A DNA stretch of 59,479 nt, counting the filler, from Sphacelaria rigidula (Eukaryota), in assembly GCA_964200075.2 (NCBI GenBank). It is 3 parts of 3 records of this genome, joined end to end, with 100 filler letters (N's around TTAATTAATTAA, not from the genome) between each part and the next. Parts side by side here need not be neighbours in the genome. Positions count along the whole stretch, not along the records: positions 19,873 to 39,634 come from CAXNAA020000617.1; positions 39,735 to 59,479 come from CAXNAA020000618.1; 1 more part is not named here. One strand, written 5' to 3'. Below, in pieces: positions 38,680 through 50,200 of this stretch; the stretch's first letter is position 1, and the number at the start of each line of letters is the position of its first letter. The notes under the pieces are model-generated. The model did not search any database, was not told the origin of the DNA, and saw nothing but the letters and a program-made list of their open reading frames with translations. Made by a program: the position numbers and the translations under genes.

Positions 38680-39400
38680 GCGTGCAGTCGGTTTAAGCAG
38701 TGGCATCAGTATACTAGAAAAAACTGAATATCCCAAGGAACGCTACTCGCCGCGACCTTCAAGTTCTTCTGACAGCACTTCCACATGAACGCATTTGTCC
38801 ACACCTGAGTGCCTGGAGTCCTCTGAAGCGTACGTGTTTGCGACATGACCTTCATTCGCGTGTATTCATGGTGTTGGCCATGATGAGCTAAAGACCAACC
38901 TTCGATCAGGTTGATTTTTCGTAGAAAGCTCTAAGTCTTGACCCTTTAGGAGTGACCCTTTGGGCTCGAACACACTTTTCGAAACAATGTTACCGGCAGG
39001 CCTTCTACGCCGGTAACCCTGAGGCTGTCGCTGCGTGAGCAACTCCTCTTTGCTAGCGTCGCCTCCGTTCACAACACACCGTGTATTCTTTTTTCTGTTG
39101 TCTCCAAAAACCTAGCTTGTTGAGTGATTTCCTTCAACCGAAACATTTTTTCTCCACATATGTTCCAGCGGTCGACACAGGAAAGGTCAATCCACGGTAT
39201 CTCGCGCCCAAGGGGATAAAGAGGTAAGCCTTCGACCCCTTGACCACAAGGCTTCATCTCCGAACAGTAGTGTCTCTGACAGTCCCGTTCTGTACTCTGA
39301 TCTTGAACAATTCCACCGCGATCGCACTAGGGCAGGGTACGATTTTGCTCGGTGCCGTGTTTATTCGGTGCATGAAGCGATCTTGGCTGCCAGTAAGGGG
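38680..39400 (-). mobile_element. Possible piggyBac transposase remnant with terminus
   Basis: Broken frames give VPCPSAIA, GGIVQDQ, WIDLSCVDRWNI and a terminal HCLNRLH, reminiscent of the piggyBac C-terminal region. The right end reads CAGTAAGGGG|TTAA. Confidence 0.35.
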
Positions 39401-39404
39401 TTAA

Positions 39405-39634
39405 CCCCTTTGGGACCAGACCTCCAGAACGACCGATGAGGCTGGATAAGAATGACGTGTCTGGCGTCTGCACGAAACAGTGGCTTCATGTTGCTGAAAA
39501 TCCGCGTATGTAACCGCAGGGTTGTAAGGAAGACCGAGAGTTTCATCTAATCTATTTTCAGGTGCAGGGCGCGCATTAGGTAATGTACATCTGATGTAGC
39601 AAGCAGTATGGGTCGCCGTAGAGAGCTTTCAACA
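39405..39634 (+). mobile_element. piggyBac-like element end (copy 1)
   Basis: TTAA|CCCCTTTGGGAC, with long similarity to 45496-45743. Confidence 0.7.
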
Positions 39635-39734
39635 NNNNNNNNNNNNNNNNNNNNNNNNNNNNNNNNNNNNNNNNNNNNTTAATTAATTAANNNNNNNNNN
39701 NNNNNNNNNNNNNNNNNNNNNNNNNNNNNNNNNN
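39635..39734. other. Artificial contig spacer N44-TTAATTAATTAA-N44
   Basis: Identical structure to the first spacer. Confidence 0.98.
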
Positions 39735-41287
39735 AGAATCGTTAGGAGCCCCTGACCCAGACAAAATTTCGCGAAAAAAGTGCACCCCTACCGTGGCATT
39801 GCTCTATTTCCTTAATTGGTTCCGTCTACCAGCAGGAATATAAAACTTGAGAGTTCCAGAAATGGTTGATTAATGCCTGAAACAGTCTCACTCCCGAATG
39901 TTCCTTCAGGCGTTTCATGTTTTCTGTGGTGTATAGCTTTACACTGAAGCCCCCGACACACCTGAGTAGGACACCAGCGTTAAGCTGGAAGCATACATGA
40001 GTCAGTGAGTTATGCAGTTCACCCCCCATCAAGTGCTTGACACTCCATCTGGCGAAACGGTTGTTTGATGTTTGACTCTGGATCAGAATTTTCAATTTCC
40101 ACACGTGATTCCCAGGAACTAGCCGACACACTAAAAAAGAGGTTCGCTTTTTTTCTCCTGTATAACAACTCGGATTTGAGCAACGCAGCACGATAATTCG
40201 CAGATACTTTTATCCGAACCTGTTTCGGCGGGATTCACACGCTCAAAGCGTTTCGTCGAATTCGGTTTCCCCTTTCTCATATGAGAACTTTAGAGAGAAG
40301 CTAGAGCTAATACGAAAACTCCCTGACGGAAAAAGTGCGAAAACGGAGACACAAGCTTTCACGACACCGTTTCAGCGGATTTCAAATCTGAATGGCTCCT
40401 GCGTGACCGTTCCCACCGGTACATTACAACGATACGAGTTCGTTCATGTGGCAAATCGGGAAAATGGGCCATAAATAGTGAGCTGTGTTCATCTCGGTAT
40501 GGTCATGTAATACATGTCCTTTCTGTCGCCAGAAACATGAGGTCATAGCTCCTAGAACCAAAACATCCCTACAGAAAATCGCATCTCTGCATGAGGCGGC
40601 GGTAGTATTTTAGTATCATGACGTGGCGCGAGGCGAAGGGATGTCCGTCAACACTATCTCGCAACTCACCGTCCATCACTAGTTAACATGAGCACGCGTA
40701 ATATACCCAAGAGTGAACAAGGAACAAGTATGCATGACACGTCACAACTAGAAGCAGCCCAATATGGCCTGCGCAGCGCCAAAATTTCAGGTTCCAACCG
40801 CAAGATAAACCGAGCCGGCTATGATTTCACGTCATATCGTTTATTAATATATCAAGCATCACCAAAACAAAAGATTGTTACAAGTACTCTTACCAAGTGG
40901 GCAGGCAACATCAACACATCCAAACGAGCGGGACAAACATTCAAAGCAGCGCACACGACACATCAGCCGCTCGGACCCTGGGCGACCGAAAATCGGGTTG
41001 TTACTTGGCCACACATGCGCTCTTGTACGATGTAGTCGTCTTTTACACTACAACGTCATATAAACTTGTAAACTACGACACCACATGAAGGTATAAATCA
41101 TGGAACCCTACGCCCTCCCATCTTCGGACCTGCACGGAAGATTGCTGCAGTGATAGCGGCAACAAATTCGACTCGTGCAAGTGTACTAAGTTAAATCAAA
41201 TACCCATGCCCCCACGAGATTAGCACCACAATTAACAATAATACGAGTCCAAACGCCATACTGGCATCCACACTAGCTTTCTCTATC

Positions 41288-44200
41288 TTAGCCCCTGGGG
41301 TTGAAGTTTTGCTGCTGTTGCTGGTGATGTTGCTGCTGTTGCCTCATTCGCTGTTGCTGCTGTTGTTGCTGCAGACACCGAGAATACGTACGCACGTTCC
41401 AAAACAAATCGTAAACGGGACAAAAGAGATAATTGGGTTAACGTGGCGTGCAGTATTCATGTAGCCGACCATCCATCAACAGACCGGACGCAATGAAAAT
41501 TCAAATAATCATTCGAATACTTGAACATTGCTTGATTGATTGTCGCACTTTATCTGACCCGCAAGGGATCCAGGCGTGGTCATTATCCACATGATAGGCG
41601 TACCCGAGACAAAAAAAAACTGGAACACTCGCTGGAAAAAGAATAAAACAGAAAAGAATAAACAGAACAACAGAGTAGACTTATAAAGAAGGAAAAAAAG
41701 ACAACAGGAAAAAAAAAAAAATGACCGACCAGAAACAAATGGGTGCCATCGAAAAAGACCCGCCCAGAACCACCCTGAAACCCCGCCCCCAAAGACAGAA
41801 GGCCGTGAAAAAAGATTGTGGCCCATCTACTACGACCGCACCATTTCGGGTATGAACCCTCTCATCCATGGACCCCACGAAAGCGGGGCACCAAACTGCT
41901 CTGCCGTACACCGGCAGGAAATAACCCACACATACAACAAGACGAGGAGGTTACAGCATGTGACCAGCTATTCGAATACCATTACCAAGCTTGATTTCGA
42001 CTCGGTCGGGAAGTGTGTGAATTCGCAAATAAGGGCGGGAAAACGCCAACAATAAGGATGCCAGCCATGCACACGAGGAGATGCGAGCACCGGAACATCT
42101 CGCGCACTACTTCGGCACATCTCACTTGCTGCTGCGGTGTCATGGCGCCGCCTGCCTGCCCAAACTGACCACCAGACATATTTCCTCTTGGCCCCTGCTG
42201 CATTTGCTGCTGCATTTGCATCTGATTTGCACTGTATCCAGTCCCCGCCCCCCCAAACGGCCTAGGCTGCTGCTGCTGATTCATTTGCTGGGGTCTTACC
42301 CCACCACTTGCACCCCCCATGGCCATCATGGGCCTTGTGTTGTTTTGGCCCATGACACCTTGCGACTGCACCATTCCTTGGCGCATGTTTGGCTGCTGCA
42401 TACCCTGTTGCGGGCGCGCCATAATGCCTTGAGGCCCACGCGCGATAGTTTGCAAGGAAACTCCCTGGGTTTGCTGCTGCATAGGGCGGACTTGTTGTGA
42501 TAGCTGTTGTCCTCGCGGCAACTGTTGTTGGCTCGCAAATTGCTGCATTTGTGGCCTGCCTTGCGGTGGCATTTGTGGTCGGATTTGTTGTTGCATTTGT
42601 TGTGGGCGGACCGGCTGAAGTTGCGGCATTTGCGTCCGTGCTTGCTGCTGCTGGATTTGTGGCCGTACTTGTTGCTGCGGCTGCAACTGTTGAAGAGGTC
42701 TGACTTGAACGCCTTGCATTGGTCTTGGCTGTTGCTGCTGATTCAATTGCTGTGGTCTTGGCTGCTGTTGCTGCTGAACAGGTTGCAGAAGCTGCGGTCG
42801 TGCCTGCTGCTGTTGCTGCAATCAGGCACGTTCGTGAAGGGGCACCGCACAGACGGACACTCGTAAACTCAAATAGCGCGCATTATTCGTTCAAAACTGG
42901 TGCTTCGCCCTGAGAAATGATTTTTTGGCGACACTGCTCGCAAAATATGGAAGTTTCGACATCACATTCATAAGAAGACTCATGTCCAAATGACGACCTT
43001 CTCAGCCCCGTCGCCTCGCTTTGCCACCCATAATTTTTCACGATCCCACCTGAATTCGGAACACAAGCTGGACAATGCTGGGGTATAGCCACCTGTCTAC
43101 CCGTTGCACTGCGGACGCGTCATCGCAAACACACGCGCATACCAATATCCATACATGCACTCACAGCTGCCAGCTGAGGAGTGCCCAGTCCCGAAACCAT
43201 AGAGCGCACCACCTGTTGCCCAGGATTCATCGCTGACATCCCCCCCTGCGGCGCCATCATACCACCCTGCCCTTGACTCTTCTGGGCAAATTGCTGCTGT
43301 TGCTGCTGCGGACGAGCAAACTGCATCACCCCGCCTAGTTGCTGCACATTGCCAGACATGGGCGTGAGTTGTTGGGTCGTCCCGCCTTGGCCCATGTTGA
43401 CCTGCATGGGACCCCGGGGCTTCGGATTCGCTTGCAGTACCATGGCCCCCATTCCCACTCCTTGCTGCATCGACCTAACTTGCTGCTGTAGCTGCTGCTG
43501 AGGCATACTCTGCGTAGTTTGGAAATGCGGCCTTGCCTGAGTAGACCCGCCCGCACCCACGGGCATCAGACCTTGGGTTGCGGGAGAAATCGAAACACCG
43601 CTGGTTCGTGGCATGCTTCCGCCCACTGGCGCTGCTTTTCTGGGCACTGGCGTCTGAGCGAAACCCCGTGCAGTGCTACCGCCAACAGCCGCCGGTCCTG
43701 ACGGCGGAGGTGGTCGGCGCGGAGCAGCGGAGTCCACGGTCGATCCAGGTCTTTGCGGCTGCTGCTGTGGCACCATGTTTGGCATCGCTTGCTGCTGTGG
43801 CCGCGGCTGTGGCGCCATGTTTGGCATCGCTTGCTGTAGCGGCTGCTGGTGCTGCTGCACTTGGATAGAAGGCTGTGCCCCTTGGTTGTTGACATTCTGC
43901 TGTCCTCGCTGAGGCATGGCTGGCATGCCTGACACCAACTTAGAAGGAGACAGTCCTGACGGTGCCGACTGCCGCCGGAATTGCAATCCTCCTGCCGGTG
44001 CTCCGGCGGCCGAAATCCCGACACCAGCAGGGGGTGGGCTGCCCTGCCCGTTGGCCCACTGTGACGGTTGAGGGGGTTGGGATTTCTCGGGCTCGAAACT
44101 ATCAACAACGTCTGGATCCAGCGCAGAGATCACGTCCGGAGTTGATCTTGGACGCGCGAGGGGTGGTGCTTGGCCCGCTCCCAGTCCCGGTCCCGGCCCT

Positions 44201-47200
44201 GATCCGACCTGGACTGGAACGAGAGCAAGGGGATTGGCAGAAATCGGGGCATTGAGGGAACTACTGCCGCCAACCGCCGCTCCTACCGAAGGAGGGTTCA
44301 CCCAGGCTGGTGGGGCACCCGTCGGCTGCGTTGCTTTTTTCGCGGGGATGAGCACAGGCGTAAAGGCCTCTCCGTCGAAAATCGGGTTTTGCGACACTCC
44401 AGGCTTCTTCTTCATCGACTTTCTCTGCGGCGCTGGACCCGTAGACGGTGACGGCGGACGGAAATCTTCTTTCGGGCTAATCAGCTCCGGCGCCGACCCA
44501 TTGGCCAACAACCATTCCACAGCCTGGTCCACGTCCCCATCCGCACGTTGGAGGGCAACGCGCGCTTTGTGTTCCGAAAATCCCATCTCCATGATCACCT
44601 CCGCCCCCCGCGGCAGAGCACCCTTGCTGCCACTGCCACCCATGCTGCTATCGACGGAGCTGCTTCGCGCCATCCGATTACTCGGCGCGGAACCGATCGC
44701 CAGATCGTTCATCGTCGGGAAAGATCGGGAGGGAGTTGGAGACATGCTCTTGCCACGCAACTGGCTCACATCGCGAGCGCTTCCCACGCTTCCGGCAGAT
44801 GACGTTCGTAACGGCACCGGTTTCCCGGGGTTCGGCGGTCTCATAGCACCCATCCCCGGCGGCTGCGGCGGTCCTGACGGCGGTGGCGGTCTGCCTGGCA
44901 CAGGTTTGGACGCGGTGGTTGTGCTTGACTCTGTTCCCGGAGGTGGTGGCGCGCTCGCCGGCGGCTTCGCTCGAGATGCTGCTGCTCCTGCGCCCAGTGA
45001 CTGGGGTGGCGAGGAGGATGGGAACAGTATTGGGGTTGCGACCGAGGTGGGACTTTTCATTCCCGCATCGGCCAGGAGATCTTGGGAAATTGGAGCCGGG
45101 AGGTCGGGAGGTGGCATCCCTTCCTCCGGCCCACCGATAAAGTCTGCCAAGGCGAAGGTGAAATTGCTTAATTTTTTCTTAGCGTCCTCTTGGTCCTGCC
45201 GCTCCTCCTCCGATGGCTGCAGCAGGCAACGACAATGCAAGGAGGGGTGCGCACCGCAAAGAAAAGGAAAAGAAAATCGGTACTGCAATGCAGCTGTTCG
45301 AAATCAAAATATTTTCAATGTTTGCGGGAAAGGAGAACCGGGATTACCAGGAAAATTGAAACAAGAAATGAACTCCCGAGCGGAACAACGTTCACAAGCG
45401 CTCCAAGGCTGCAGGATCGGTAAACGCTGAAAACACTGCAAGTACATTGGACTACTAAAATAGATCACATCAGAGCACAAGAGCATTACGCGTAACCCTT
45501 TTGGGACTGGGCCTCCAAAACGACCAATGAGGCTGGTTAGGAATGACGTGCCTGGTGTATGCACGAAACAGCTGCTTCATGTTGCTGAAAATCCACGTAT
45601 GTAACCACAAGGTTATAAGGAAGACCGAAAGTTTCATCCAATCTCTTTTCAGGTGCAGGTACAAACTGTAATTCGGGTGTTGTGCGCATCAGATACTGTA
45701 CAGATGTATCAACCAGTATGAGTCGGCGTGGAGACCTTTCGACAGGACGTAGCGGCCGCCGCCCGCTACTTGTGGCTTTGGATTATATTATTGCCTCCAC
45801 CACCTTGCCACACAGCCCCTTGTGGTCAGGGTGGGTCGCGATTTCCCTCCTTGTTGCAGATCCTCCTTGAAGGGCATGGGCGTTGCGCCGCACATACAGT
45901 ATAGTGCGCCTCTCCGACTGCTGCGGCAGCTGCCGCTGCACACTCGGTAACACGTTCTGGGCAGTTCTCCGCGACGGGGATCAGCTTCCTACACACACCT
46001 TGTTCGTTCCCGTCGATTAGATACGACCTCACTGCATGCTGTACCGCCTCAACAAAAGAATACCCAGAACCAATACCCCTACCTCCGCCTCTCGTTCCAC
46101 TGCGTTGCTAGATTCAGCCGCCTTGTGAACATGACCACATACTCTTGTAGGGTACATTTTCCCCTGAATTTCCCCGAGCACCCTGTGTTGGTGTAATAAC
46201 TACGTTCTATTATAGGATGGGTCTCGGGGGAGTGGGAGTCGGACCTAGATCAAATGCAAGTGAATGATGAAAAATCGAGAAAGCGAGCCCCGACCATCAC
46301 GGCATTCTATTGCTTCAGAGGCTTTTTGTGGGCCAGGGACAGGGTACACACACCACCTTGGCAGTGACATCACTCCCGGCGACATCCCCCCCCACTGGTT
46401 GTTCGGATGTGGTCAATAAATTCCGCCTCGGCGTGATTGGACAGGTTGCTTCCAACCTTGTTTATTATTATTTCACTAATACGTGGTAAACCCCTTGTTA
46501 CTGAGCTTCAGTCCCAAAAGGGTTCAAAGTCTCATTAATAAAACGAAGTCAACTCTTACCCCGTAGTTCCTGTCTTTACTCTTGCGCAGAATCCCCAGCC
46601 CTGATACCGACTTCTGCTGCACGGGCTTCTTGACGCCCAACTGCAGCTGGACCCGTTTAGCGGCTTCTGCCGCTTTTCGATCACCATCCTTGTCCTTAGT
46701 CTCCCACATTCCGCTGCATACACGAAGAGAAAGAGATAAGAAACGGAGGAGCTTAGCACGACCATGGTACTCTACAAATTGGACTTTTATTTTCGCAACT
46801 GGGCAGACTTCGGGAATACCCGTGGATCACCGGGCTTCACTGCCCATGAAAAGTGGCTGCTGCACGGTTAACGACATTGGTATCTTCCTCGTCCCATAGC
46901 AGGAACATATGGATTTCATCAGCCTCGAGGGGTTGCTAGCGAGAAACGCACCGTGGTTGACCAACCTCACAGTAACACAGGTCTGGTGATGGTTTGATAA
47001 AGGAATGAGTAGCCATCATCAAAACACCCCCAGAATAATTACCAAAACACACACAAAAAAATGGACGTACCCATCCGCCAGCAGGGCCCGGTTGATCTTG
47101 GTATCGTCAGCAGGGGGGTGGAATATTCGCACTTCCGCTGAAGCGCCGCTAGCCCTGCTGGGCAGCACGGCCTCAGCCACTGAAAAGGCGTCGTAGATGA

Positions 47201-50200
47201 GGCAGTACGCTCGATGAGCCTGTCGATGGTGTTAGATTGTGTGTTTCCCGAGGGAGCAAAACAGGCACTTTACATCAGTGAAGATGCTCGTGTTTCGTTT
47301 CGTTTGGCGATGGGTGGAGTGATTCGTACTGTGGTTAATTTCACTATCGTCGTGCCTGCCCATCCCTCTTCTTGCAAGGAGGGAAATGTTTTGGTCATGA
47401 TCCAGAGTCAAAATGCTCTTCCGCGAATCCTGACCCCTTCCCCTACCAATTACACAGGGACAACGCCCTGAATCGTGTGTGGTGCGTGAAGTGTCAAGTG
47501 CTTCCCCACATATCACCACTTGAAAATTACGAGTGCAGTGCCACACATGTCGCAGATGATATGCAGCTCAGAAGGATATGGCGCACCTCAAAAATAAAAG
47601 CCTCCGTCTCATGTTTTTTGGCCGATTCCACGTTGAGGCCGGTCACACCGTCCTTCGATCCCGCTCTTAGAATTGAGGAGCGACGTCAACGCGAGGCAAC
47701 GACGGAGGAAGAGAAAAACATCAACACAGCGGCAGAGTCAGGATGAGGGAGGCGGTAGTACCACAGCTATGAATATAAAGTACGGCAATGGCATCGAGCG
47801 AAGTGGCGGCCGAAATATGCCATTCGACTCTCATCGTACATGCAATCCGTGTAGAAGTCAACAATAGCAACGGCACACCTCTCAAAGTTATTGACATTGA
47901 GCACGTGGTACGAGAAGTCAAGCAGTTCGAACTGCTGCCTCTGTCCCAAGAGGTGCACGATCACGGACCCCGCGAGGCCAAATCCGTCTCCGAATTGAAC
48001 CGCATCCGTCACTCGAGCCTGCAGCATACGCAACACCATACAAGTATCAGCAGTATTAGCATATTAACGGAAACATCAACACGACCAGAGACGATGTCAA
48101 GCGCGCAGAACCGGAAAAGCGTGGAAAAGCGTCAAGGATATATGCCAACGGTCGGTGTACCATAGGTCCATCCCTTGACAGATGCGTACCGGGAAAAGCT
48201 CGTGTCACATCACAACCGTCCACTGCACTACTACAACTTCACTCGTATAGCACGCGTCAAGCCTCCACCGGATGATTTGCATTCGGAGGTGTGTTTGTGC
48301 TTACGCAGTAGAGAGTAAATCTGTATTCGGTGAGGGACCAACACACTCGCAGAGAGACTTGGGATGGAGAGCAGCGCAACCAATATCCACGGCATAGTTT
48401 GACTACAGCCTATTTTTCAAGAGTATTGAACGGCTGTCTGATCAACTGGAATGGACTCATGTGGCAATGAAAAGACTTAGAAACAGAAGGACACCCCTCT
48501 CACCGCTCCGGCGGCCTCGGGCATGCAGAAGAGGAAGTTCAGTGCGCTGAAGAGACGACTAAAAGCCGAAGATTCTTCCACGTCCATCACCTGTCAACAT
48601 CAACACCGAGTTCCCCGATGGCAAAATTCAGAGGCAAAAATAGGACACCAACGCAGTTGCGTCAAGTCAGAGTGCCATCTCCACATCAAATTTTGGCTGT
48701 CACAAGCGAGATTCACAATTCCCAAATCGCAAGAAAGCGGTGTGGAACAAAAGTCAATAATCAAACACGACTGCGGGCTGGAAAGATCGACGAATAATCC
48801 ACAGGCACCGAAGGTAAGATAGGTACCCGGTACCGGCATTTGGGACATCTCATACCCTACCGACACCGACCCAATCGGGTATGTCCAAATGTCATACCTA
48901 TGATACCACGGTATTTCGAGATGTCAACGCCTACCGTACCCGCTCGATCAGGTATTTTCGAAACTCATACCTACGATACCACGGTATGTCGAGATTTCAA
49001 TACCTACGATACCCATTCAGTCAGGTATTTTCGAACTCATACCTACGATACCCACGCATACACGGTATGGGATACCCCGGAAAATGCCGGGGGCACGCTC
49101 GGTACGGTATCTTACCTACGGTTCCTGTGGCAACAATCATATTTTTACCCTTACCGCGTACGCAGCACGTCACAAAAATCTCCCGAGTGCCACGACGTGT
49201 ACGGCACAAAATGGAGGAAACAGCTCGGCCACAAGAACAAGAAATCATGGCAAAGCCAGCAACAGTACAGTAACTGCCCCTCTTCATATCACGCACTGTA
49301 CACGTATCCGCACGAAAGGCAGCACACAAGTAGAAGGTGGCCGACGTGCATGTACAACATGAGCTTCACACAAAATCCTCATTATGCCTTATGGACTTCA
49401 CCAACATCACGCAAGACGCACAACATACCCCGTTCGATGGAGACTCGCCGGCCCAGCTGTCCCTGAGGTGTAGACGATCCAGCGCAGCATCGAGCTCGGC
49501 CAAGGTATGTCGGAAAAGACTGGCGCTTGTAGCGAGCCCCTTGCACAGGTCTTGCCCCTCCAGCACCACCTCTTCAAGCCCCGCCAAGCTCGCTGATTGG
49601 ATTCACACGATGAATGTCGGAGGGGTTTTAGGGCAACGACGAATAGCTGCATGTAGAACGCGGGCACAGGACACGCTTGGAATGTTGTATACATTTCCGA
49701 CCAAGTAAAAAAAAAACAAGAGGATGGACGTATCGAACGCATTTCTCATACTGAAGGTCACGACGTGCTAGTCTTATTCCCAGACGTGCCATAGAGCGAG
49801 CAGTGTTAATTGCCGCAACCGCAAGTAACGCGCGCCATGGGTATTTCTCCTACCCTACATACACACGCACACGGTACACGGTACACAGCACACGGAAGGG
49901 AACACCGGGAAATGCATATCACAACGCAAGGAAAAATACGATAAGTCGAAAGGCAAGTGCACCGTACCTCCTGCGGCCCCGGGTACGTCCGAGCTTCGGG
50001 TGAGCGCTGTAGTGGCGGCAACAAGCCGCGTGCGCTTAGGGTCCCACTTCTTGGAGGAAGAGAGCCCCATTACCGGCACCGTGTGCACGAACTTGAGACA
50101 GTCGTGTCCAGCGGTAACTTCGCTCAGGCACTGCAGGAAACCGAGCGCGTTGCCGAACTCTCGGAAGTCCTGCGTACAGCAAGATAAACATGTGGTGAAA

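Noticed and set aside
41288-45216. WAVE-type VCA (WH2-central-acidic) domain fused to CYFIP
   Set aside because: No LKKV-type WH2 and no acidic Trp-containing terminus; the tail ends in poly-Q NFNPRG.
44234-45430. 398-aa + strand ORF as a separate gene
   Set aside because: It is the antisense shadow of the GC-rich UBA exon and has no recognisable motifs.
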